From Bacteroidota bacterium (GTDB lineage Bacteria; Bacteroidota; Bacteroidia; UKL13-3), in NCBI GenBank assembly GCA_046309355.1, contig JBKCPL010000057.1, forward strand, positions 14,668-78,667: 64,000 bases of DNA. Direction: 5' to 3'. Both the position numbers and the translations under genes were made by a program. Numbering within the stretch: the stretch's first letter is position 1; each line of letters opens with the position of its first letter. Positions 1 through 7,578 of the stretch are shown in pieces. The notes under the pieces were generated by a model. That model was given only the letters and a program-made list of their open reading frames with translations, did not search any database and was not told the DNA's origin.

Positions 1-3
1 TGA

Positions 4-40
4 AAGAAGGCCCGCCACGCGAAGCGTGGCGGGCCTTCTT
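4..40. terminator. Perfect 17-bp stem / 3-nt loop GC-rich hairpin (AAGAAGGCCCGCCACGC-gaa-GCGTGGCGGGCCTTCTT), followed on + strand by ATTTATTTCTT; intrinsic terminator, lies 85 nt downstream of the ndk stop (minus strand) and may also terminate a + strand gene left of the window
   Basis: Read directly: perfect inverted repeat at 4-20 / 24-40, with T-rich tract after it on + strand. Confidence 0.6.
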
Positions 41-124
41 ATTTATTTCTTGTATTATGCGTAAAAAAAATCCCGACCACTGTTCAGCAATCGGGATGTA
101 TAATTAAATGACTAATAGATGTAA

Positions 125-544
125 TTAGAAGCGCTCGAAGCTGCTGAAGAAGAAACCTGCTTCGCGGGCTGCATTCTCATCGCTGTCGCTGCCATGTATA
201 GCATTGGCATCAATCGATTTGGCATACAAATTACGGATAGTGCCGGGCGCTGCTTTTTGCGGATCGGTAGCCCCTATTACTTCACGAAAATCAGCTACAG
301 CATTTTCTTTTTCGAGTACTGCAGCTACAATAGGACCTGAGGTCATAAAAGCTACCAGCTCTCCAAAAAACGGACGCTCGCGGTGAATATCATAAAACTC
401 ACCTGCTTTTTCTTCGCTCAGGCGGGTGTACTTCATGGCTTTGATTTTGAAGCCCTTTTGAATAATATGGTCAATAATTTTTCCGGTGTGGCCGTTTGCA
501 ACTGCATCGGGCTTAATCATGGTGAAGGTGATTTTTCCGCTCAT
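125..544 (-). CDS. ndk: nucleoside diphosphate kinase
   Basis: Translation ([15 protein letters not shown]...NAIHGSDS...) matches the NDK family over full length; start moved to internal Met (MSGK) of the longer ORF 125..595. Confidence 0.9.
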   Translation of the reverse strand: MSGKITFTMIKPDAVANGHTGKIIDHIIQKGFKIKAMKYTRLSEEKAGEFYDIHRERPFFGELVAFMTSGPIVAAVLEKENAVADFREVIGATDPQKAAPGTIRNLYAKSIDANAIHGSDSDENAAREAGFFFSSFERF

Positions 545-625
545 ATATGTTTGTTTCTGAATTTCGGGGCGCAAAGATATTTTGATTTCTATCAAAACCT
601 ATAAAACCGGGTTAATTATCTGTTA
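473..625. repeat. Left copy of 153-bp direct repeat (covers ndk codons 1-24 plus 81 bp of ndk upstream/promoter region); att-like boundary of the island
   Basis: 473-625 is identical to 6213-6365 except one position (A575 vs G6315); also visible as duplicated antisense ORFs 383..604 and 6120..6344 in the ORF track. Confidence 0.9.
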
Positions 626-920
626 TTCCGATGATATTGATGTGATGATAAGTTAAATCATGCAAAATTTTATCTTGTTCCCAAATTATTAAGAAGCGTT
701 TTCAATTATTTGTTTTATGTAATTAACAGAAGACTGCCAATTCATTACAATTTACTATAACTTTTTGAATGTATTTATAATAGTATTCTTTATTCTAAAA
801 AGTTTGAGAACTATACTTATTAATACTATATGATTGTAGTTACAATAAGTTTTGTGACTAAATATTTGATTAGAAATTAAACATAACACAAAACAATAAT
901 TCCTGAAATTAAACAGATAA

Positions 921-1277
921 TTAATGAGTATTAATTTTATCAATTAGCTTTGTTATTTGTGTGTCTTTTACATTTAGTTGCTCTTTCAAGTATTGAACTT
1001 CTTTGCGTAACTCATCAACTAATTCTTTGGCATAAGTTATTTCAATACTATCAATCTCTTCAGTAGTAGTCATGGCTAATATCTTAGTCACACTAGTCTC
1101 GTATAGACTTGCTAATTTTTCTAAGCGTTCAACAGAAATAGCAACCTGACCACGTTCCATACGACCATAATTAGTTGTATCTATTTCTAAATAGTCAGCA
1201 ACCTGCTCTTGACTAATCCCTTTCTGTTTGCGAATTTGACGTATGGCTTCGTACACTGATATTTTTTTATTTACCAC
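921..1277 (-). CDS. XRE-family helix-turn-helix transcriptional regulator with C-terminal coiled coil (cI/Cro-like position, divergent from island operon)
   Basis: N-terminal HTH_XRE signature (KQKGISQEQVADYLEIDTTNYGRMERG); C-terminal heptad-like region (LVDELRKEVQYLKEQL). Confidence 0.7.
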   Translation of the reverse strand: MVNKKISVYEAIRQIRKQKGISQEQVADYLEIDTTNYGRMERGQVAISVERLEKLASLYETSVTKILAMTTTEEIDSIEITYAKELVDELRKEVQYLKEQLNVKDTQITKLIDKINTH

Positions 1278-1451
1278 AACACGAAATTATCGTTACAACC
1301 GTATGCATATAGTGCATAATAATCATATTTATATGCGTTTTTTATGTTATTAATTGCGTTATTTGCATTTTATTATTATCGTGTAACCAAATAATACATA
1401 TTTATAAAAACATTAAAAGTTTAAGTGGTTTACGAAAACTGCATAGTAAGA

Positions 1452-2249
1452 ATGAAAAATAAAATATTTACCGTTGCTGTACTACTATTCGCTACCTCAA
1501 CAAATGCGCAATGGAGTGGGCCTATAAATGGAACCTTAAATACTTCAAATTTTGTTAATATCAATCGATTTGGTATTGGAACAGGACCTAGTTTACCATT
1601 ACTATCTTTAAGTCATGACCCTGGAAATGGTGTATACTACCCTTTACATGTAACAGAGAATCGTGTGGGCATTGGCACAAATAATCCACAGGCGAGTTTT
1701 CATGTACTGAATAATTTGTTAATGACTAGGAGTAATAATACGGAGATTTTTAAAGTTAACTCGACTGGATTGCTCCGCTTAACTACAGATGGCATTGACA
1801 ATAATTTTAGAGGCTTCTATATAAACAATGGAAATAATGATTTTTTCGCATTAACACAGTCTAATATGTACTACAATGGTAAATTTACTTTAAAAGGAGA
1901 TCTTGTAATTAAGGATAATAATAATGATGTGCAGTATAGGTTATATCAGGATGGTTTAATAAGGGCACGTGAAGTTAAGGTAGATTTAAGTATTATACCT
2001 CCCGATTATGTATTTGAAGCCGGATATAAACTAATGCCTCTTAAAGAACTCGATAAGTATATTAAAGAAAATAAGCATTTACCGAGAATACCATCAGCTA
2101 AAGCTATGCAGGATGAAAATGGCATACAAGTCGGTTACATGCAATTATTACTATTAGAAAAAGTAGAGGAATTAACTTTATATTTACTTCAACTAAAAGA
2201 AGAGAATGAATGGTTGAAACAACGCATTACCCTACTCGAGCAGCAATAG
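1452..2249 (+). CDS. secreted tail-fiber domain protein (Peptidase_S74 / endosialidase intramolecular-chaperone-like C-terminal domain) with N-terminal GIGT repeats
   Basis: Signal peptide MKNKIFTVAVLLFATSTNAQ; repeated N(R)xGIGTxxP motifs; C-terminal PDYVFEAGYKLMPLKELDKYIKENKHLPRIPSA...EELTLYLLQLKEEN motif typical of Bacteroidota 'tail fiber domain-containing' proteins; start placed at Met10 of ORF 1425..2249. Confidence 0.6.
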   Translation: MKNKIFTVAVLLFATSTNAQWSGPINGTLNTSNFVNINRFGIGTGPSLPLLSLSHDPGNGVYYPLHVTENRVGIGTNNPQASFHVLNNLLMTRSNNTEIFKVNSTGLLRLTTDGIDNNFRGFYINNGNNDFFALTQSNMYYNGKFTLKGDLVIKDNNNDVQYRLYQDGLIRAREVKVDLSIIPPDYVFEAGYKLMPLKELDKYIKENKHLPRIPSAKAMQDENGIQVGYMQLLLLEKVEELTLYLLQLKEENEWLKQRITLLEQQ

Positions 2250-2929
2250 CATTGTTAGTTATGCTGTTGATAGTTGGTACAAGTAGTGCCCAGCGAGGAG
2301 TTGCGCTAAAAACAGGTGTGCTGTATGGTTACTCCTGGCTTACATTCAACGAAAGTTCGCAAAGTTTTGATAAACGACTTGCACGCGAAAAGATTAACTA
2401 TACGCCACTACAAAGTGTAGGGATTGAGATGGGTGCTCGCATTTTTATTTCATCAAAATTAGCATTGGAAGTAGTTCCACGTTGGCAGCAATGGGGTGGT
2501 ACAATCACCGTAAATAGTAATGAATATACCAACCAAATGCTGAAAATGGTAATTAATTATCAAAGCTTTCGAATACCCGCTACACTCCAATACGCCTTTG
2601 CCGGTAACGAGCGCTTGCAATTTTTTGCTTCACTTGGTATAGGCATAGATTATACCTACCGCTTATGGTTTTTACCCACTAACTACTATGGCAGTGCACC
2701 CACACAAAGACGTACTGTTGATATTGTAACACCATTTACTTCCATAGGTTTCGGTTTTACTTACACACCTAGCGCCAATAGTCAAATGAGTTATACGTTT
2801 GGTATCAATTATGAAACTGATGCTCTCTTAAACCCCGTCAGGTTTAATGAGTTCAATTTTTGGCAAAACTCTGTGCCGTTACTTTCGCATCAGCTCCATA
2901 CTTCTTTTCTAATACAGTACCGTTTATGA
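2210..2929 (+). CDS. outer-membrane beta-barrel (porin-family-like) protein
   Basis: Signal peptide ending SSAQ; alternating hydrophobic/aromatic beta-strand pattern, Y/F/W-rich; alternative start ATG at 2261 would remove the 40-nt overlap with the upstream gene. Confidence 0.45.
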   Translation: MVETTHYPTRAAIALLVMLLIVGTSSAQRGVALKTGVLYGYSWLTFNESSQSFDKRLAREKINYTPLQSVGIEMGARIFISSKLALEVVPRWQQWGGTITVNSNEYTNQMLKMVINYQSFRIPATLQYAFAGNERLQFFASLGIGIDYTYRLWFLPTNYYGSAPTQRRTVDIVTPFTSIGFGFTYTPSANSQMSYTFGINYETDALLNPVRFNEFNFWQNSVPLLSHQLHTSFLIQYRL

Positions 2930-3657
2930 AAATACATGTGATAAAATTATTGCTAGTTATCACCAGCACTATGGTATTGAACACCTGCTTGGCACAACTA
3001 TTTCATCCAAAAGACTCAGTGCGAAAGCAACGAATTGTGCAAGTGGGGCTAGGCGGCTATATGGGTGTTAACCATGTAAAGCCCATAAACCAAATCATGA
3101 GATATCAGATCGCAAACGGTTATGATAAGGGATTATTGGCTGATTTGAAAGTTAATATCACAAATTACTTATCGGTTAAAAGCGGCTTACGAATGAGTGA
3201 ACAAACAGCTATGCTTGGATATGGTAACAATACCTTTTTTGAATCATTTCATTTAACTATGAATAGGCAAACAGTACCAATGTTAATTTCTTTTAAAGCC
3301 AATCATGCCGGCATAAATTTATTTGATGTTGAATTAGGTATTGCTTACAATAACATATCCTTTCGCAGTACAAACAATAACACATATTGGCTGCTTACGT
3401 ATTATTTTGGCTCGCAATATACAGGTGGTTATTGGATAAATTATCAAAATGTAAGCGCTTTATCATATATCCTAAATATTAATAAGGAATATAAAATCAA
3501 AAAATCACTTTTCATCCAATTCTTTAGCGAACTAGATATACTGAGCAAAACACTTGATATACAAGATGCTTATCGGATGCCAGATTTATCTATTATTCAA
3601 TATCAGACACCGTTTATGCTATATAGTATAAGATTAGGAGTTGCAATAAAGTACTAG
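2926..3657 (+). CDS. outer-membrane beta-barrel-like protein (paralogous in style to the upstream gene)
   Basis: Start at internal Met (MKIHVIKLLLVITSTMVLNTCLAQ signal peptide), ATGA overlap with upstream stop; amphipathic beta-strand composition, C-terminal aromatic residue. Confidence 0.4.
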   Translation: MKIHVIKLLLVITSTMVLNTCLAQLFHPKDSVRKQRIVQVGLGGYMGVNHVKPINQIMRYQIANGYDKGLLADLKVNITNYLSVKSGLRMSEQTAMLGYGNNTFFESFHLTMNRQTVPMLISFKANHAGINLFDVELGIAYNNISFRSTNNNTYWLLTYYFGSQYTGGYWINYQNVSALSYILNINKEYKIKKSLFIQFFSELDILSKTLDIQDAYRMPDLSIIQYQTPFMLYSIRLGVAIKY

Positions 3658-3658
3658 T

Positions 3659-5776
3659 ATGAGAAAACATTTTTTTATAACATTATTTTTGTTAAGTATT
3701 GTGTTAGCTAATAACAGCATTGCACAAGTACCCAACAATATAATACCTAACAGCAATTTTAACCATGCAAATAGGGAACCCTTTGTATTACCTGCGTGCA
3801 ATACCCTATTAAAAAATAAAAATGATTATACATTAGTTATTGAGAATTGGAAGGGTGAAGGAGAACGTAACACACCTGAGTGGCGTTCATTTATTGCTGA
3901 CAACAATAATTCGTTTTGTAGTGTATGTAGCCCTTTAAATCCAACTGGACAAAATCCATTTATAGATGATAACTTTATCTTTATTGCGCAAGATGAACTT
4001 GTACCTTATGGTGAATGGCTTTATGCTGAATTGTATACATCTTTGAATTATGATAAAAAGTATAAATTAAGAGTAATTGGTCAAGGTCATTTACCTGCGC
4101 TACCATCTCTGCACGATCCCGGTGTTATTGCTATTCATCTTACTTTACCTGGCAGCAACTGGCACCATCAAAGTGAACTAGACAAAAGCATGATGAGTAT
4201 GATGTATTGCACACATCAGGAATATGAATGTAAACCAAGATCATTTGAACACATTTTTACAGTCACAAAACCGAATTTAAAACAAATTGTATTACAAGCA
4301 AACAATGCGGGATTCTTTATTGACCGAGTAGAACTTTACGAATACTGCACTGAGCTACTTACCCGGCAAGGCCGCACCTATAAATTTGACAGGGAATTAG
4401 AAGAGGCGGGAACCATTATAGCAGGTTCAGTAATTAACAATGCACCAGCAATGGGTGATGTAGTTATGCTGGATGGAAGCATTACCACCTATAAAGCGGC
4501 TAACGAGGTGAAATTAACAGAAGGATTTTATGTGAACAGAGGTGCTGATTTTAGTGCTAAAATTGCACCATGCGGGCAGGATTGTCCATCCACGAACATA
4601 AACATCCCTTCAGAATACGTGCTGTGCAATAGCGATTGTATTAATTTAACTACCGGTACGGTTACTCGCGGGTTAACAGTAAACTGGACTTCGCAAGATG
4701 CGCAAAACTTACAGTACTTATCATCTGTAAGTGTTATAAATCCTGTGTTTTGCCCACCACCTGGCACTTCGGGTGTTTATGAATACGATGTGGTTATACA
4801 AAATGGTTGCGGTGAAACAACAACTAAAAAAGTAACTATAAAATATTTTAGCACACCAGTTCCTGATCCTACAATTAATATTACAAATAGTAACTTAGCT
4901 ACATTACCTACCTATCCTGAAATAAGTGTAGCTTCTACTGAGTTTACCGAATATGTAAATTATGATATTTTAGATTGTAATGGCAATTTGATTCATACAC
5001 AAACATTCACATTCTTTAATCAACAAATGCCTCCGGCACCGGCTCAGTTTAAATTTAACCAATTTTTAGATCCCTGTGGTTGCTATAAAATAAGAATACG
5101 TCAGAAAAATCATTGTAATGAGACGATTGCTGAACAAATATTAGATTGGAATAGACAACAATCCATAAGCAATCTCTTTTTCCCTACATTTATTATATGT
5201 AAAGATGGAAAACGATTAATTTGTTTTGACGGTAAAGGAATAAAACAGTTTCAATTGCAATTGTTTAATAAGTGGGGACAATCTGTATTAAATACATCAG
5301 GTAGTTACAACAAAGACCCGTATTGTATAGAGTTTCCATCACACCTACCAGCAGGTCCATATTATTACATTATAACATTTATAGGATGTGATGGAAGTGT
5401 TCTTACTGCTAATGGAAGTATGCAAGTAGGGGGATGTGATGAATCCATGCTATTGATAAATAACAACGATACAGATAGCATAGAGGCATTTAATAACTTA
5501 GCCGACTCTATATTCATGGAATTAAGTCCTAATCCTACGGCAAATGAAGTGACAATAAGTTTTACCATACCCAATAGTGGTCAATTGAGAATTAATTTGC
5601 TAGATAAAAACTTAAGTCAAAATCAAGTGGTACACGATATGTATTACAGTAATAGTGGAAGTTATCAAATTAGCGTGCAAGTAAATCATCTGTCTGGTGG
5701 TATAAATTATTGCTTATTTGAGTTTATAAATGGAGGTACAGTTAAGGTATATAAAAAATTTACACTAATACGTTAA
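3659..5776 (+). CDS. 705-aa secreted T9SS cargo protein: internal CHU_C/type-B-like CTD segment plus C-terminal type-A Por secretion tail; Cys-rich middle region
   Basis: Signal peptide MRKHFFITLFLLSIVLANNSIAQ; C-terminus LSPNPTANEVTISF...GQLRINLLD...SGSYQISVQVNHLSGGINYCLFEF...KVYKKFTLIR fits the Por_Secre_tail pattern; internal QLQLFNKWGQSVLNT...LPAGPYYYIITF resembles the gliding-motility C-terminal (type B) domain. Confidence 0.55.
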   Translation: MRKHFFITLFLLSIVLANNSIAQVPNNIIPNSNFNHANREPFVLPACNTLLKNKNDYTLVIENWKGEGERNTPEWRSFIADNNNSFCSVCSPLNPTGQNPFIDDNFIFIAQDELVPYGEWLYAELYTSLNYDKKYKLRVIGQGHLPALPSLHDPGVIAIHLTLPGSNWHHQSELDKSMMSMMYCTHQEYECKPRSFEHIFTVTKPNLKQIVLQANNAGFFIDRVELYEYCTELLTRQGRTYKFDRELEEAGTIIAGSVINNAPAMGDVVMLDGSITTYKAANEVKLTEGFYVNRGADFSAKIAPCGQDCPSTNINIPSEYVLCNSDCINLTTGTVTRGLTVNWTSQDAQNLQYLSSVSVINPVFCPPPGTSGVYEYDVVIQNGCGETTTKKVTIKYFSTPVPDPTINITNSNLATLPTYPEISVASTEFTEYVNYDILDCNGNLIHTQTFTFFNQQMPPAPAQFKFNQFLDPCGCYKIRIRQKNHCNETIAEQILDWNRQQSISNLFFPTFIICKDGKRLICFDGKGIKQFQLQLFNKWGQSVLNTSGSYNKDPYCIEFPSHLPAGPYYYIITFIGCDGSVLTANGSMQVGGCDESMLLINNNDTDSIEAFNNLADSIFMELSPNPTANEVTISFTIPNSGQLRINLLDKNLSQNQVVHDMYYSNSGSYQISVQVNHLSGGINYCLFEFINGGTVKVYKKFTLIR

Positions 5777-5789
5777 CTCGTAATGATAT

Positions 5790-6212
5790 ATGAGGCTGTT
5801 AATCTCAATATTACTATTTCAAATACTACTATTTTCTGTGAATATTGGTGCACAATCGAGGATAGATCATATTGACTTTTTTGAGGGCAGTAATACTAAA
5901 ACTGCCACAACACTAGCAATTGATTCGCAGTCTACTTCGGTAAGCGGCATTGTTAATACGGGTGCTATAAACAACACTTATTCGTTAATATCTAAGGATA
6001 GTATCACCTTACATCGTAAGCTACGCTTTGGGTTGGGTGTTTTCGGTGGCATGTCAAATTACTTCACTACTTCAAATGCATTTAGTACTCAAACACAAAT
6101 TGGAAAAGATTAAGGTGCATTGGTACATGTTAGTTATAGAATCACTAAAAAAATATCATTTGATGCAGAGCTTAGATATGTAGGTAAAAATTTATATACT
6201 TCATATGCAAAT
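5790..6212 (+). pseudogene. outer-membrane beta-barrel gene disrupted by an in-frame TAA (6114-6116) and truncated at the island/repeat junction
   Basis: ORFs 5790..6113 and 6120..6344 are in the same frame, separated by one stop; the second piece (…FDAELRYVGKNLYTSYANNNF) is OMP-like and then runs into the duplicated ndk sequence. Confidence 0.5.
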
Positions 6213-6365
6213 AATAATTTTTCCGGTGTGGCCGTTTGCAACTGCATCGGGCTTAATCATGGTGAAGGTGATTTTTCCGCTCATATATGTTTGTTTCTGA
6301 ATTTCGGGGCGCAAGGATATTTTGATTTCTATCAAAACCTATAAAACCGGGTTAATTATCTGTTA
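6213..6365. repeat. Right copy of 153-bp direct repeat; contains a second ndk promoter and an orphan 24-codon ndk 5' fragment (6213-6284, minus strand)
   Basis: 152/153 identity to 473-625. Confidence 0.9.
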
Positions 6366-6398
6366 CTGCATGCCCTTGAAACACCTGAGGTTGTTAAA

Positions 6399-7571
6399 TT
6401 GCCCTATATTCGCAACGTGAAAAATCCGCTACGTACACGCATTGGCATCATTGGTGGAGGTCAGCTGGGCCGCATGATGATTGAGGAGTCGCTACGGCTC
6501 AATGTATCTTTCAATACGCTGGATGCAGCCGATTGTCCCTGTGTCCGATTATCGGCACAGCATATTGCAGGAAAACTCACCGATGGTGATGCTATACGTA
6601 AGCTGGCTGCCATAAGCGATGTACTTACCTACGAAATTGAACATATTGATGTAGCCACACTGCTGCAATTGGAGCGTGAGGGTAAAACCATCATTCCATC
6701 GCCACAGGTATTGCAGATTATTCAGGATAAAGGTTTACAAAAACAATTTTTTGAAACGAACGGGTTGCCTACTGCACCTTTTGTGTTGGTAAACACCGCT
6801 GCAGAGTGGCCTCAGGCTGCTCAGCAACTGGGTGGTGAAAAACTGGCCGCCAAAACCCGCAAAGACGGGTATGATGGAAAAGGTGTGTGTTTGGTAACAA
6901 CCGCTGACGTAATGCGTGGCCATTTACCGTTTGATGTGCCTTCGGTATTGGAGCAATTTATACCTTGCCAGAAGGAGTTATCTGTACTGGTAGCCCGCAC
7001 GGCAACAGGTGATGTAACCACATGGCCGGTGGTTGAAATGGTGTTCGACCCGGTAGCCAATTTGGTTACGTTTTTAGAATGCCCTTCGCAAGTTGATGCT
7101 TCGCTTCAACAACAAGCGCGTGATATCTCTATCAAAGCAATTCAATTACTGAACGGTGTGGGCGTATTTGCCGTTGAGTTATTTTTAACTGAAAACAATA
7201 CTATCCTTATCAACGAAATTGCTCCGCGCCCGCACAACTCGGGCCACCACACTATTGAAGCCTGTTATACTTCTCAGTTCGAACAACTGGTTCGCATCTT
7301 GTGCGGATTGCCTCTGGGAAATACCGATTTGATACAGCCCGCTGTAATGATGAACCTGCTTGGCGCACCTGATTTCAATGGCCCGTATGCCTTGCAAGGC
7401 TTACATGAGGCTATGCACACCGAAGGTGTGTACATTCATTTATACGACAAAGCTGAGAGCAAACCCATGCGTAAAATGGGGCATGTTACTATTATGGCAC
7501 CTACGCTTGAATCAGCTATAGAAAAAGCTTACAAAATAAAAGATTTACTGAAGTTTGTTCCCGAGGGCTAG
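6399..7571 (+). CDS. purK: N5-carboxyaminoimidazole ribonucleotide synthase (ATP-grasp)
   Basis: GIIGGGQLGRMM N-terminus and ATP-grasp body typical of PurK. Confidence 0.85.
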   Translation: MPYIRNVKNPLRTRIGIIGGGQLGRMMIEESLRLNVSFNTLDAADCPCVRLSAQHIAGKLTDGDAIRKLAAISDVLTYEIEHIDVATLLQLEREGKTIIPSPQVLQIIQDKGLQKQFFETNGLPTAPFVLVNTAAEWPQAAQQLGGEKLAAKTRKDGYDGKGVCLVTTADVMRGHLPFDVPSVLEQFIPCQKELSVLVARTATGDVTTWPVVEMVFDPVANLVTFLECPSQVDASLQQQARDISIKAIQLLNGVGVFAVELFLTENNTILINEIAPRPHNSGHHTIEACYTSQFEQLVRILCGLPLGNTDLIQPAVMMNLLGAPDFNGPYALQGLHEAMHTEGVYIHLYDKAESKPMRKMGHVTIMAPTLESAIEKAYKIKDLLKFVPEG

Positions 7572-7578
7572 TCTGCTT

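Larger units (their letters stand above)
626..6212. mobile_element. ~5.6-kb AT-rich genomic island inserted between ndk and purK, bounded by 153-bp direct repeats; no integrase or transposase present (likely decayed or trans-mobilised integrative element)
   Basis: Flanking direct repeats; markedly lower GC than the flanking ndk/purK; 300 bp of non-coding AT-rich DNA at its left end; accessory (secreted/OM) gene content. Confidence 0.55.

Noticed and set aside
383-604. ORF-track ORFs 383..604 (+) and 6120..6344 (+) with identical C-terminal peptides
   Set aside because: They are antisense read-throughs of the duplicated ndk 5' sequence, not genes. Their value is only that they expose the 153-bp direct repeat.
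755-943. 62-aa ORF in the AT-rich island left end
   Set aside because: Low-complexity AT-rich translation with no start context. More likely non-coding spacer or a decayed remnant.
2210-2260. 40-nt overlap between 1452..2249 and 2210..2929 as a programmed frameshift
   Set aside because: More simply explained by start-codon ambiguity. An in-frame ATG at 2261 gives a non-overlapping gene with a plausible shorter signal peptide.
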